From Candidatus Aphodosoma sp. (GTDB lineage: Bacteria > Bacteroidota > Bacteroidia > Bacteroidales > Paludibacteraceae), in contig JAZRYS010000168.1 of NCBI GenBank assembly GCA_045600865.1, positions 1,556 through 65,555 on the forward strand: a stretch of 64,000 nt of DNA, given 5' to 3'. Below are positions 8,539-20,831 of the stretch, one piece after another. Below the pieces are notes generated by a model, which worked only from the letters and a program-made list of their open reading frames with translations, was not told the DNA's origin and searched no databases. A program made the translations under genes and the position numbers. The stretch's first letter is position 1, and each line of letters starts with the position of its first letter.

Positions 8539-10121
8539 AAAAAACCATATTACTTCTGCTGACCTTTTTGGCAGTTACTGCAGTGACTGCCAAAAGGATG
8601 CCAGCCATATATTATGTACAACTGAAGGACAAGCAGGGTTGCGGGTACACCACCAGCAACCCGTTGCCTTATCTAAGCCAACGTGCTATAGACAGACGCA
8701 TCCGTTGGAATATTCCTGTTGATTCAACAGACCTGCCATTGACGCAGACGTATGTCGATTCGTTGATTTCGCTCGGTGCAGATGTCTATCAGAAAAGCCG
8801 ATGGATGAATGGACTTCTTGTCTATGCAACTGATGCACAAATAGGTATGATAGAAAATCTGGGTTTTGTGAACTACGTGGAACAGGTACGTCCAGCTGCC
8901 AGCCAGAACATCTCTAAGAAACCTAAAAAGCCGATTCGCAAACAAAAAGCACCGAAAGAGCTGGATAATGACCAGAACCATCAAGTGGGAGCCGATTCTC
9001 TTCATGCCGCAGGATTCAGAGGCGAGGGAGTGCAGATTGCCATTATTGATGCTGGATTTCCATTGGTAGATCAATTGCCAGGATTCGATTCACTCCGTAG
9101 TCGTGGAGGAATATTGGGAACATATAATCTTGTGTTGAAATCAACTGATGTCTATCGCGATCTCGATCATGGCACAAAGTGCCTCAGCACTATGGCTTTC
9201 AACCTGCCAGGTGAATTTGTAGGTACTGCACCTGATGCGGACTACTGGCTGTTGCGTACAGAGGTAGGGGAAGAAGAATATCTGTACGAAACAGACTTGT
9301 GGATTATGGCTGCAGAAATAGCAGATTCGGCCGGAGCAGATATCATAACTTCCTCGTTGGGCTATTTCTATACCGATGACGAAGACCCACAATTTATCTA
9401 TCAGAATATGGATGGGCAACATTTTCGCTCGTCGAGAGCTGCAACAATGGCCGCAGAAAAGGGAATTGTGGTTTGTGTCGCTGTCGGCAACGAAGGCAGC
9501 CATGACTGGCACTACATTGGTACCCCAGCAGATGCTGATTCTGTTTTGTGCGTAGGAGGTGTTGATATCTCGGGCAGTCATTCTACATTCAGTTCGTTTG
9601 GACCGACGGCAGACAATAGGATAAAACCAGAAGTATGCGCACTGGCAACAAATGCCACCGTTGCAATGATGTATTACGAATATGGCAACATTACGTATGG
9701 CAGCGGAACATCATACGCCACACCTATAGCAGCAGGAACCATTGCATCACTCATGTCGGCCTTTCCGGATATCAATCCTGCAGTGATACGCAAGGTTGTT
9801 GCCGAGACAGCATCTCAGCACGACAATCCAGACAATACGTTGGGTTATGGAATCCTTAATGGATGGCAGGCCTACAAACTTCTCATGGGTTATCCTTCGG
9901 GTGTCCAGGATGAAGCGGCTGATGAGACAGAAAAATGCAAGACATGCGTAAATAACGGCATCTTATACATAGATGGATATATTGGAAATTACTTGATGTA
10001 CAGTCCATCAGGGTGTGTCATAGGATCAGGAAACACCAACGGGTGCATTGATATTACCCCATATCCCTCAGGGATATATCTATTGAAATGTGGAGACGAA
10101 ATAATCAAGGTATTAAAGTAA
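8535..10121 (+). CDS. S8 subtilisin-family serine peptidase with a T9SS C-terminal sorting domain
   Basis: Asp (IAIIDAGF), His (DHGTKC) and Ser (GTSYATP) triad motifs. Tail GILYIDG....PSGIYLLKCGDEIIKVLK. The ATG overlaps the M16 stop (ATGA). Confidence 0.85.
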   Translation: MKKTILLLLTFLAVTAVTAKRMPAIYYVQLKDKQGCGYTTSNPLPYLSQRAIDRRIRWNIPVDSTDLPLTQTYVDSLISLGADVYQKSRWMNGLLVYATDAQIGMIENLGFVNYVEQVRPAASQNISKKPKKPIRKQKAPKELDNDQNHQVGADSLHAAGFRGEGVQIAIIDAGFPLVDQLPGFDSLRSRGGILGTYNLVLKSTDVYRDLDHGTKCLSTMAFNLPGEFVGTAPDADYWLLRTEVGEEEYLYETDLWIMAAEIADSAGADIITSSLGYFYTDDEDPQFIYQNMDGQHFRSSRAATMAAEKGIVVCVAVGNEGSHDWHYIGTPADADSVLCVGGVDISGSHSTFSSFGPTADNRIKPEVCALATNATVAMMYYEYGNITYGSGTSYATPIAAGTIASLMSAFPDINPAVIRKVVAETASQHDNPDNTLGYGILNGWQAYKLLMGYPSGVQDEAADETEKCKTCVNNGILYIDGYIGNYLMYSPSGCVIGSGNTNGCIDITPYPSGIYLLKCGDEIIKVLK

Positions 10122-10167
10122 AAGTTAATAATTGCTAATCAAACACACATTGTACCGATATTGTTCG

Positions 10168-10175
10168 TAACTTTG
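10168..10175 (+). promoter_or_regulatory. -7 promoter box TAACTTTG for hpt
   Basis: Matches TAnnTTTG, 30 nt upstream of the hpt ATG. This argues against the GTG-extended ORF start at 10175. Confidence 0.5.
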
Positions 10176-10204
10176 TGCCGCATTTTTTGTTTTTGAGTTG
10201 CTAT

Positions 10205-10741
10205 ATGCAAAAGACCATTCAAGTGCTTGACAAAGAGTTTATTCTGCACATTCCGTATGAGACATTGCAGGGTAAAATTTATGATTTGGCGCAGCAATTG
10301 CAGCGCGAAACTGGGAACAGCAACCCTCTTTTTGTGGTAATGCTTAATGGAGCTTTCATGTTTGCTGCTGAACTGATGAAGGACATCAACACACCAGCAG
10401 AGATATCTTTCGTGAAATTCAGCTCATATACAGGAACGCAGTCGTCAGGCAAAGTGGATAAACTCATAGGACTGACGAACAGCATTGAAGGACGAAATGT
10501 CATCATAATAGAAGATATCGTCGAATCCGGGCTGACAATGAAATGTTGTAAAGAGATGCTGAAAGCGCAAGGTGCTGCATCGGTGAAGATTGCAGCATTG
10601 TTTGTCAAGCCACATTGTATGATACACGACGTGAAAGTGGATTACCCAGTGCTTGAGATAGGCGATGACTTCATAGTGGGATTCGGGTTGGATTACAATG
10701 GCTATGGTCGCAATTACAAAGACATTTACAAATTAAAATAA
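10205..10741 (+). CDS. hpt: Hypoxanthine phosphoribosyltransferase
   Basis: PRPP-binding motif VIIIEDIVESGLT. Typical length from the ATG at 10205. Confidence 0.85.
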   Translation: MQKTIQVLDKEFILHIPYETLQGKIYDLAQQLQRETGNSNPLFVVMLNGAFMFAAELMKDINTPAEISFVKFSSYTGTQSSGKVDKLIGLTNSIEGRNVIIIEDIVESGLTMKCCKEMLKAQGAASVKIAALFVKPHCMIHDVKVDYPVLEIGDDFIVGFGLDYNGYGRNYKDIYKLK

Positions 10742-10750
10742 CATATCGAA

Positions 10751-11320
10751 ATGCTTAATATAGTAATCACAGGAGCACCAGGCTCAGGCAAAGGAACGCA
10801 GAGCGACCTCATTGTCAAAGAGTATGGCTTGTATCATATCTCGACAGGAGACATGTTGCGTGCTGAGATAAAAATTGGCTCTGAGATAGGCAAGAAAGCA
10901 GAGAGCATCATCAATGACGGCAAATTGGTGCCAGACGAAGTGATGATAGACATGCTGCGGAAGACAATCATGGAACACCATGATGCCAAAGGAATCATTT
11001 TCGATGGATTTCCACGTACTGTGGCTCAGGCAGAAGCATTGGACAGGATGCTTGCAGATATGGGAGAGAAGGTGAACATACTGCTTGTTATGAATGTTGA
11101 GCACCAGACACTCGTGGAAAGATTGCTTGAAAGAGGCAAGACATCAGGACGTGCAGATGACAATCTGGAGACAATTGAGAAACGCCTGAAAGTCTATACC
11201 GAAAACACATTGCCAGTCATTGAATTTTACAAAGCCACTGGCAGACTGACTGAGGCAGACAACAACTCGACAGTTGATGCTTGCTTCGACCAGATAAAAA
11301 AGATTATTGCAGCACATTAA
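10751..11320 (+). CDS. adk: Adenylate kinase
   Basis: GAPGSGKGTQ P-loop; ISTGDMLR; short-lid form. Confidence 0.92.
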   Translation: MLNIVITGAPGSGKGTQSDLIVKEYGLYHISTGDMLRAEIKIGSEIGKKAESIINDGKLVPDEVMIDMLRKTIMEHHDAKGIIFDGFPRTVAQAEALDRMLADMGEKVNILLVMNVEHQTLVERLLERGKTSGRADDNLETIEKRLKVYTENTLPVIEFYKATGRLTEADNNSTVDACFDQIKKIIAAH

Positions 11321-11329
11321 ATCCCAGAC

Positions 11330-12334
11330 ATGGAAACAAACTTCATCGACTACGCCAAGATTTATTGCCGCTCAGGACACGGAGGCCCGGGGTCAGCGCA
11401 CCTGCATAGGGCCAAATACATGCCTAAAGGAGGCCCTGACGGAGGCGACGGAGGACGAGGCGGCCACGTCATAGTACGCGGCAATCGCAATTACTGGACT
11501 TTGATACATCTTAGGTACACTCGTCATGTGTTGGCTACTGACGGTGGTTCCGGCAGTGAGTCGCGCAGTTTCGGTGCAAACGGTGAGGACAAGATAATAG
11601 AAGTCCCATGCGGAACTACCATACACAATGCTGATACAGGAAAGTTCATAACCGACATAACGGAAGACGGTCAGGAGTACATACTGCTGAAAGGTGGCAG
11701 GGGTGGATTAGGCAATTGGCATTTCCGTACCTCGACCAACCAGACACCAAGGTTTGCACAACCTGGTGAAGACCGCCAGGAAATGAATGTCATCTTCGAA
11801 CTCAAGCTGCTGGCAGATGTCGGATTGGTGGGATTTCCGAATGCAGGCAAATCAACGTTACTCAGCGTAGTGTCGGCAGCAAAGCCTGAGATAGCCAATT
11901 ACCCATTTACGACACTTACGCCAAACCTTGGCATCGTGACATACAGAGACAACCAGTCGTTCTGTATGGCTGACATACCGGGAATAATCGAGGGCGCACA
12001 TGAAGGTAGAGGGTTGGGCTTGAGATTTCTCAGGCATATTGAACGTAATTCAGTATTGCTCTTTCTGGTTCCTTCTGATGCGGAACACCATGTCAAGGAG
12101 TACAAGATTCTGCTTAAAGAACTGGAGGAGTACAATCCCGAACTGCTTGACAAGAAGCGCATTCTGGCAATATCAAAGTGCGATCTGATAACTGAAGAAG
12201 AAACATCTAAACTGCAAAAGAAAATACGCAGGTCTATTCCAAAAGAAATACCAATAGTGATGTTTTCGTCTGCAGGAAGATATAATCTTGATGAACTCAA
12301 GGATATCATCTGGCATTCAATAAACGAAGAATAA
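11330..12334 (+). CDS. obgE: GTPase Obg/CgtA
   Basis: Gly-rich Obg fold ([12 protein letters not shown]) and G-domain motifs [13 protein letters not shown] and SKCD. Confidence 0.92.
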   Translation: METNFIDYAKIYCRSGHGGPGSAHLHRAKYMPKGGPDGGDGGRGGHVIVRGNRNYWTLIHLRYTRHVLATDGGSGSESRSFGANGEDKIIEVPCGTTIHNADTGKFITDITEDGQEYILLKGGRGGLGNWHFRTSTNQTPRFAQPGEDRQEMNVIFELKLLADVGLVGFPNAGKSTLLSVVSAAKPEIANYPFTTLTPNLGIVTYRDNQSFCMADIPGIIEGAHEGRGLGLRFLRHIERNSVLLFLVPSDAEHHVKEYKILLKELEEYNPELLDKKRILAISKCDLITEEETSKLQKKIRRSIPKEIPIVMFSSAGRYNLDELKDIIWHSINEE

Positions 12335-12339
12335 GAATT

Positions 12340-14652
12340 ATGGCAAAGAATTTAGTAATAGTAGAGTCACCAAACAAAATCAGTACAATAGAGAAATTTC
12401 TTGGGAAGGAATATAAAGTACTCTCATCCAAGGGTCATATCCGAGACTTGAAGAAGACAGGTTTGGGTATTGAGATAGAGAATGGATTTTCTCCTATGTA
12501 TGAGATTCCTTCCGACAAGAAGAAGACAGTGTCGGATCTGAAGAAAGCGGTAAGCGAGGCAGAAGTAGTCTGGCTTGCATCCGATGAAGACCGCGAAGGA
12601 GAGGCAATTGCATGGCATTTGTACGAAGTTCTCGGACTGAAGAACAAGACCACACATCGTATAGTGTTCCACGAAATCACCAAGACTGCCATATTGGAGG
12701 CTATTCAGAATCCACGCGACATCAACATGAATATTGTTGACGCACAGCAGGCAAGACGAGTGCTCGACCGAATAGTGGGATTTGAACTCAGCCCTGTGCT
12801 TTGGAAAAAGATAAAGACAAACCTGTCCGCAGGTCGTGTGCAATCTGTAACAGTCCGGCTTATAGTGGAACGAGAACGTGAGATAAACAATTTCCAGAGC
12901 GAAGAATCATATAAAATAGTGGCCGAACTGACAACCGAAAATGGAGTCAAGTTCAATGCAGAACTTAAGTCGAAGATATCTACCAAAGAAGAGGCAAAGG
13001 CCATTCTCGAAAAAGCATCAGGCAACAGCTTCAAAGTTTCAGGCATAGAAACAAAGCCTATGCGCCGTCACCCAATGCCGCCATTCACTACCTCTACACT
13101 CCAGCAGGAAGCATCACGTAAATATGGCTATTCAGTGGCGCTTACAATGCAGATTGCGCAACATCTGTATGAACAGGGAAAGATAACCTACATGCGTACT
13201 GACTCTGTCAATCTCTCAAATCTGGCAATGTCAACCATAAAAGAAGAGATACTGAACATTGCAGGCCCTGAATATTACAATGGTCATCAATATACAACCA
13301 AATCCAAAGGTGCACAGGAGGCTCATGAAGCTATCCGACCAACATACATGGCAAACCATGAGATAGAGGGAACATCGCAAGAGAAAAAACTATATGACCT
13401 CATCTGGAAACGTACCATTGCCTCGCAGATGGCAGATATCGAGATAGAGAAGACAACAGTGACTGTGGATATGGGAAATGGTGATGAGAAATTCCAGGCA
13501 TCCGGAGAGGTTGTGAAGTTCGATGGTTATCGCAGGATATATCATGAGTCGTATGACGACAAAAACGACGATGCCGAAGAGCAGGGACTGCCAGCAATAA
13601 AGAATGGAGAGGTGCTCAATATGTCATCCATAACGGCAACCCAAAGATTCACAACACGTCCTCCAAGATACACGCAAGCGACACTTGTTCGCAAGCTTGA
13701 AGAACTCGGTATAGGTCGTCCATCAACCTACGCACCAATCGTGTCAACCATCTTGAAGCGCGAATATGTTGACATGCACGAAATTAATAATGCAGCACGT
13801 GACTATACGTATTTGGTGCTCAAAGGGAAACAGATAGTTGAAGGATATAAACACGATAAGGCCTACGTAGAAAAAGGCAAACTTTCGCCTACAGATATAG
13901 GAATGGTTGTAAATGACTATCTTGTGGAGAACTTTGCCGAGATAATGGATTACAATTTCACTGCAAATGTTGAGGAAGAATTCGATAAGATAGCGGAAGG
14001 TGATATGCCATGGGTTATGGCAATATCCAAATTCTATGGGCCATTCCATGCGACAGTAAATCAGGCATCGCATACCAACACGCAGAACAGGGTCGGAGAA
14101 CGTCAACTCGGTACTGACCCAGTGAGTGGCGAACCTGTATTTGTAAAGATTGGACGTTATGGCCCTGTTGCCCAGATTGGCGTTGCAAGCGATGATGGCA
14201 CGAAAAAACCGCGATTTGCCGCATTGAAGCAGGGCATGTCTATTGAGACACTTACGCTGGAAGAAGCTTTGGAATTGTTCAAGCTTCCATTCAGTCTTGG
14301 AGAATATGAGGGTCAGAAACTGACAGTAGGTACTGGCCGTTTCGGACCATATCTCAGAGTCGGCACAGCGTTCATATCAATACCAAAAGGTATTGACCCG
14401 TTGAGCGTAAACCGTGAGATGGCTGAGAAAATAATTGCAGACAAAAAGAAAGCTGACCAAGAAAAGATAATAATACGCTTCGAGTCAGAGGATATAACTG
14501 TATTGCACGGACGAATGAATTCAGTCTATATCCAACACAACAAGGAGAACTACCGTATTCCAAAGAAATACGACACATCTGCTCTTACGTTGGACCAGTG
14601 CAAGGAGATTATTGCAGACGAAGGAAACAAGACCAAGAAGTCTAAGAAATAA
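12340..14652 (+). CDS. topA: DNA topoisomerase I (type IA)
   Basis: TOPRIM motifs LVIVESPNK and SDEDREGEAIAWH; ITYMRTDS contains the active-site Tyr. 770 aa. Confidence 0.92.
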   Translation: MAKNLVIVESPNKISTIEKFLGKEYKVLSSKGHIRDLKKTGLGIEIENGFSPMYEIPSDKKKTVSDLKKAVSEAEVVWLASDEDREGEAIAWHLYEVLGLKNKTTHRIVFHEITKTAILEAIQNPRDINMNIVDAQQARRVLDRIVGFELSPVLWKKIKTNLSAGRVQSVTVRLIVEREREINNFQSEESYKIVAELTTENGVKFNAELKSKISTKEEAKAILEKASGNSFKVSGIETKPMRRHPMPPFTTSTLQQEASRKYGYSVALTMQIAQHLYEQGKITYMRTDSVNLSNLAMSTIKEEILNIAGPEYYNGHQYTTKSKGAQEAHEAIRPTYMANHEIEGTSQEKKLYDLIWKRTIASQMADIEIEKTTVTVDMGNGDEKFQASGEVVKFDGYRRIYHESYDDKNDDAEEQGLPAIKNGEVLNMSSITATQRFTTRPPRYTQATLVRKLEELGIGRPSTYAPIVSTILKREYVDMHEINNAARDYTYLVLKGKQIVEGYKHDKAYVEKGKLSPTDIGMVVNDYLVENFAEIMDYNFTANVEEEFDKIAEGDMPWVMAISKFYGPFHATVNQASHTNTQNRVGERQLGTDPVSGEPVFVKIGRYGPVAQIGVASDDGTKKPRFAALKQGMSIETLTLEEALELFKLPFSLGEYEGQKLTVGTGRFGPYLRVGTAFISIPKGIDPLSVNREMAEKIIADKKKADQEKIIIRFESEDITVLHGRMNSVYIQHNKENYRIPKKYDTSALTLDQCKEIIADEGNKTKKSKK

Positions 14653-15079
14653 GTTCGCTCGCCAAAGAGAGTTCAAATCCTCGTCCAGCAACGTATCTTA
14701 ACAGTTTTGCCTTGCGCTCGTAATCTGTTGCTGCTTTGATTTTTTTTGATTCTGACTCGACAAGGCTTTTAAGCACGTCAATGTACTCTTCCTCATCAAT
14801 GCAAGATAAGGCATCGTCGATAGTGGCGGTGCCTATTTTCTTTGCCTTCAGCATCATGCGTATTTTTATGCGCCCCCAATGATTGAAACGGAATTTGTCC
14901 TTGACAAAAGCAATGGCATAGCGACTCTCGTTGATGAAATTGTTTTCAACAAGGGTTGTGATTATCTTGTCATGTTCTTCCACTGGCACTTTCCAATTCC
15001 AAAGTTTTTGCCTTATATCTTCTATGCAATGTTCAGACCGAGAACAATAGTTCATGGCCTTGTCAAGATACTTATCCAT
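14642..15079 (-). CDS. recX: Regulatory protein RecX
   Basis: RecX-like repeat pattern (YCSRSEHCIEDIRQKL..., INESRYAIAFVKDKFRFNHWGRIKI). Convergent with topA and overlaps it by 11 nt. Confidence 0.75.
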   Translation of the reverse strand: MDKYLDKAMNYCSRSEHCIEDIRQKLWNWKVPVEEHDKIITTLVENNFINESRYAIAFVKDKFRFNHWGRIKIRMMLKAKKIGTATIDDALSCIDEEEYIDVLKSLVESESKKIKAATDYERKAKLLRYVAGRGFELSLASELIS

Positions 15080-15869
15080 GTCTTACGAAAAATCTTGGTT
15101 TGCCAAACTGATCTTTTATAATATCTCCATCATCTGTCAGATGTTTCATTTCCTCTGACAAATGCTCATTGATTTCAATTACCAATACTCCATTGGCTGA
15201 GAGATGCGTTCTTGAATATTCAATTATTGAACGGTGAAACAGTAATTGATCATCGTCGGGAACAAAAAGAGCGTCATGAGGTTCCCAGTCAAGCACGTTT
15301 TTCCTCATTTCCTGCTTTTCCGTAGAAGTGATGTATGGGGGATTTGATATTATGATGTCAAAGGAACCATCGAGATTAAGGGCTGTCATATCTCCTTCCA
15401 TGAAATGGATATTGTCAAGGCCGGCATTCTCTGCATTTTCACGGGCCAACGCCAATGCCTGTTCGGAAATATCAACGCCTATGACACTGGCATTAGGGAA
15501 AGCATTTGCCAAAGCAATTGCGATGCAGCCAGTGCCTGTGCCGAGATCAAGAATGCGGTTTACATCTGGCAGATTACCGTCAGTTAGCCGTTGCACCAGC
15601 CATTCAGTTTCGGGACGTGGTATAAGTGCCCGTCTGTCACATTTTATCCGTATTCCGCAGAAGTCGCACCATCCAAGCACATATTGCATCGGTTCACCAC
15701 CCAAAAGACGTTCCACTGCTTTATTCACAAGTTCAGTAAGTGGGTAATTCTCTATGAGGTCTTTATCCAGGGTTACTTTGCCCACATCTTCCATTACAAT
15801 GAGAGCGAGGGAATGTGCCTCGCTCTCATTGTATTCTGTCAATAGTCTTTTCTTGATTTCCCTGAACAT
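15072..15869 (-). CDS. prmC: Peptide chain release factor N5-glutamine methyltransferase (PrmC/HemK)
   Basis: SAM-binding motif DLGTGTGCIA and the catalytic IISNPPY. Confidence 0.85.
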   Translation of the reverse strand: MFREIKKRLLTEYNESEAHSLALIVMEDVGKVTLDKDLIENYPLTELVNKAVERLLGGEPMQYVLGWCDFCGIRIKCDRRALIPRPETEWLVQRLTDGNLPDVNRILDLGTGTGCIAIALANAFPNASVIGVDISEQALALARENAENAGLDNIHFMEGDMTALNLDGSFDIIISNPPYITSTEKQEMRKNVLDWEPHDALFVPDDDQLLFHRSIIEYSRTHLSANGVLVIEINEHLSEEMKHLTDDGDIIKDQFGKPRFFVRHG

Positions 15870-15873
15870 ATCA

Positions 15874-16995
15874 TCAGTTGATTAGCATAGGCATAATGAG
15901 GTTCAGCAGATTTTCGTTCTCTCTCTGTTCAAAAGGAAGGAAAATGGCAGGACGAGAAGAGTCTGCAAGCTGGATACGTACAGTTTGATGTTCGATGCTT
16001 GCAAGTACCTCAGCAACCTGTGGTCCACGAAAACCTATCGTCATCTCGCTGCCATTGTATTGGCAAGCCAGTTCCTCACGGCCAGAACGCGATGTGTCAA
16101 CGTCCTGTGCGGTAAGTTCGAGGACATTCTCGTATACATGGAATTTGATGAGTTGCGTAGCCTGGTTGGAATAGTTAGATACACAGCGCAGAGCATTACG
16201 CAAAGTTTCATTTTCGATAATGAGTTCATAAGGGTTGTCCTTAGGAATTACACCATTATAGTTAGGATATTTACCCTCAATCTGACGGCAAATAACAGTT
16301 GCTGAATCAAGTTGGAATATGATATTCTTCTCATCGAAAATCACAAAGGCAGGGGTTGTATCGTTAGGAGAGATAAGTCCCTTCAATAGAATAGCAGATT
16401 TCTTAGGCAAGATAAACGAACGAGGAGTCTCACTTTTGATGTTTGTGAAACTCTGGCGCGAGAGCTTGTGAGCATCTGTGGCGACACATGTAAACATTTC
16501 AGGAGTGAAATCGAAATAAACGCCAGTCATTGTAGGGCGGATTTCGTCTGTGGCGGTAGAATTGATAGTTTTTGAAACACTCGTGAGAATGACATTTGCA
16601 GGCACTTGGATAGAGTCACGTTCTGTATTGATGTCAATTGGCTGTGGATATTCATTGCCACTCAATGCAATACAGTTAAACATGCCCGTTGAACTCTTTA
16701 TGAAGACCTCAAGATTGTTCTCATTGATTTCAATCTCGATAGGCTGTTTAGGCATGTTTTTTACAGTCTCGACGACAATATGAGGCAGTGCTATCGAAAG
16801 ATGTGCGCCTGTACTATCAATCTCTGTTGAGGTGATGATGGTATTCTCCAAGTTAGAACCAATGATAGTCAGTTTCGTGTCGTCTATCTCCATGAGAATA
16901 TTCTCAAGGATAGTAATGACATTGTTTGGAGCAACGGCTCTGTCTGCCATCTGGAGGCAGTTAAGCAAAGTAGAACTTGATATCTGGAATTTCAT
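15874..16995 (-). CDS. dnaN: DNA polymerase III beta sliding clamp
   Basis: 373 aa, with MKFQISSSTLLNCLQ... and a three-domain clamp pattern. It lies directly downstream of gyrB. Confidence 0.88.
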   Translation of the reverse strand: MKFQISSSTLLNCLQMADRAVAPNNVITILENILMEIDDTKLTIIGSNLENTIITSTEIDSTGAHLSIALPHIVVETVKNMPKQPIEIEINENNLEVFIKSSTGMFNCIALSGNEYPQPIDINTERDSIQVPANVILTSVSKTINSTATDEIRPTMTGVYFDFTPEMFTCVATDAHKLSRQSFTNIKSETPRSFILPKKSAILLKGLISPNDTTPAFVIFDEKNIIFQLDSATVICRQIEGKYPNYNGVIPKDNPYELIIENETLRNALRCVSNYSNQATQLIKFHVYENVLELTAQDVDTSRSGREELACQYNGSEMTIGFRGPQVAEVLASIEHQTVRIQLADSSRPAIFLPFEQRENENLLNLIMPMLIN

Positions 16996-17024
16996 AATTT
17001 AAGTTATTATCTATGGTTAAAAAA

Positions 17025-19013
<1,989 letters not shown>

Positions 19014-19016
19014 CTA

Positions 19017-19024
19017 CAAAGTTA
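19017..19024 (-). promoter_or_regulatory. -7 promoter box TAACTTTG (minus strand) for gyrB-dnaN
   Basis: Plus-strand CAAAGTTA, 28 nt upstream of the gyrB start codon. Confidence 0.5.
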
Positions 19025-19031
19025 CGAAAAT

Positions 19032-19107
19032 TTATCCATACCCACAAAGAATTATCCATATTATTTTCCACTTTTTTTCATAGGCAGTTGTTAAATATTT
19101 ATCCGAA
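19032..19107 (+). promoter_or_regulatory. Cluster of DnaA-box-like 9-mers in the same orientation
   Basis: TTATCCATA at 19032 and 19052 (8/9 to TTATCCACA), TTTTCCACT at 19064 (7/9), and TTATCCGAA at 19099 (7/9). A perfect TTATCCACA lies at 18832-18840 inside the gyrB 5' end. Confidence 0.4.
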
Positions 19108-19136
19108 AAAACCATTGTGGCATCGTTATTTATTCG

Positions 19137-19144
19137 TATCTTTG
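19137..19144 (+). promoter_or_regulatory. -7 promoter box TATCTTTG for the 554-aa T9SS protein gene
   Basis: Matches TAnnTTTG, 23 nt upstream of the ATG at 19167. Confidence 0.5.
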
Positions 19145-19166
19145 CGGCCGTTATTTATCATAAGAA

Positions 19167-20831
19167 ATGCATCGTCATATATATATACTCACACTTGTGA
19201 TGGTTCTTTTGCATCCTGTCATGCTGTTTTGCAAAAATACCAGTGATTCAATATCATACGACACTATATACAATCCCCTTTGTGATGGCGAATCTGTCTA
19301 TTTGAATGATTCGCTCATCAATACAGCCGGTACGTATTATGGATATGAATTATTGCAAGACAGCAGCCGTCACTATATTTGCGTCGTCATAGATGTCTAT
19401 CCGTCATACGAAGATACTGTCAGGGCATCAATATGTGCAGGAGATACATTCAGATTATATGGTTTCAACGCCTCAAAACCCGGTACATATACTCAATATA
19501 GACGCACAAGACTTGGTTGCGATAGCAACACCACTCTCGTCTTGTCGGTCGGAGAACCAATCAACGACACTATCCGTGCAACGACATGTTCAGGACTGCC
19601 ATATACAGGTTTCGGGTTCAACGAATCCTTGCCGGGTACATACACACATTACGGTGTTTCAAAAAACGGCTGCGACAGCAATGTGACACTTGTACTTTCA
19701 GTAGATACTGATTATAATGATACAATCTGGGCAACAGTGCGTTCTGGCGAAATCTATTCCCAGTTTGGTTTTGAGGAATATGAGACTGGAACATACGTCA
19801 TGTCCGTAAAGACCGTTCTCGGTTGCGACAGCACGACCACACTCATCCTTACTCAGGACATAATTGACACGACATTGGACATCGTATTATGTCCTGGCGA
19901 CACTTTCTGGTTGGACGGCATACCTTATTTCACCCCTGACACATATTACTGCATCTCTTCTTTTGGCAAAGAAGTCTGTCCTTATCATGTCATAATCAAC
20001 TTCAGTTACACGTCTGGAGCATCGATTCAGGTTACAGATGCCACACTCTGTGCAGACGAAGGAATACTGGAAATACCATATACATTTACATCTGATGTTC
20101 CTGCTCAGACAGCCTCAATACGCTTTATTTCAGGCATATTCAAAGACATAACAGGAATACCTCTCTATTCTGACAGTACTGTTCTTTCAGTAACCGTGCA
20201 GGAACCTTCGTCTGATTCAACTAAATATCCGCGTCCGGATTCATATAATGCTGTACTGACCATCGACAATGGCGTATGCTCTCCTGTATCTGCAGAATTC
20301 AGGTTTGATATTCTCTACCCATCATGGCTAATTCACCAGAAATGGAAAGACGTACTAATGGTGATGAACGAGCATTACAATGGCGGATACACCTTCACTG
20401 CATTCCAGTGGTATAAAGATGGGGTGAAAATGGAGGGCGAGAAGAATGCATACCTTTATGTGCCGGAATTCTTGGATCTCAGTTCAGAATATTGCGTTGA
20501 GTTGACCCGCGAGGATGACAACAAGACTATAAAGACATGTTCAATGATACCAGAGATGCGAGACAGTGGTTATGTCGAATATGCCAACCCATTCCTCACA
20601 GTCTATCCTACAATCGTTGAACACGGCGAGGCAACAGTGACCGTAAGCACTAACTCCAGAGGCGAGTACTGGGTATATACCCCAACAGGCAAGTTGATTG
20701 AATACAACACATACGATGCTGGCGAGGGCGAGACATTCCAACTGAGACTGCCATACGTTTCTAACGTATATTTCATAAAATTCAAGACTGATGACAACAC
20801 TACGAAAACTGAACGCATCATTGTTCATTAG
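19167..20831 (+). CDS. Secreted repeat protein with a T9SS C-terminal sorting domain
   Basis: Signal peptide. Five tandem ~50-aa Cys-containing repeats (...DT[IV]RA..C.G..Y.GF.F....GTY.......GCDS..TL.L.V) occupy ~19250-20004. C-terminal tail: NPFLTVYPT....YFIKFKTDDNTTKTERIIVH. Confidence 0.75.
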   Translation: MHRHIYILTLVMVLLHPVMLFCKNTSDSISYDTIYNPLCDGESVYLNDSLINTAGTYYGYELLQDSSRHYICVVIDVYPSYEDTVRASICAGDTFRLYGFNASKPGTYTQYRRTRLGCDSNTTLVLSVGEPINDTIRATTCSGLPYTGFGFNESLPGTYTHYGVSKNGCDSNVTLVLSVDTDYNDTIWATVRSGEIYSQFGFEEYETGTYVMSVKTVLGCDSTTTLILTQDIIDTTLDIVLCPGDTFWLDGIPYFTPDTYYCISSFGKEVCPYHVIINFSYTSGASIQVTDATLCADEGILEIPYTFTSDVPAQTASIRFISGIFKDITGIPLYSDSTVLSVTVQEPSSDSTKYPRPDSYNAVLTIDNGVCSPVSAEFRFDILYPSWLIHQKWKDVLMVMNEHYNGGYTFTAFQWYKDGVKMEGEKNAYLYVPEFLDLSSEYCVELTREDDNKTIKTCSMIPEMRDSGYVEYANPFLTVYPTIVEHGEATVTVSTNSRGEYWVYTPTGKLIEYNTYDAGEGETFQLRLPYVSNVYFIKFKTDDNTTKTERIIVH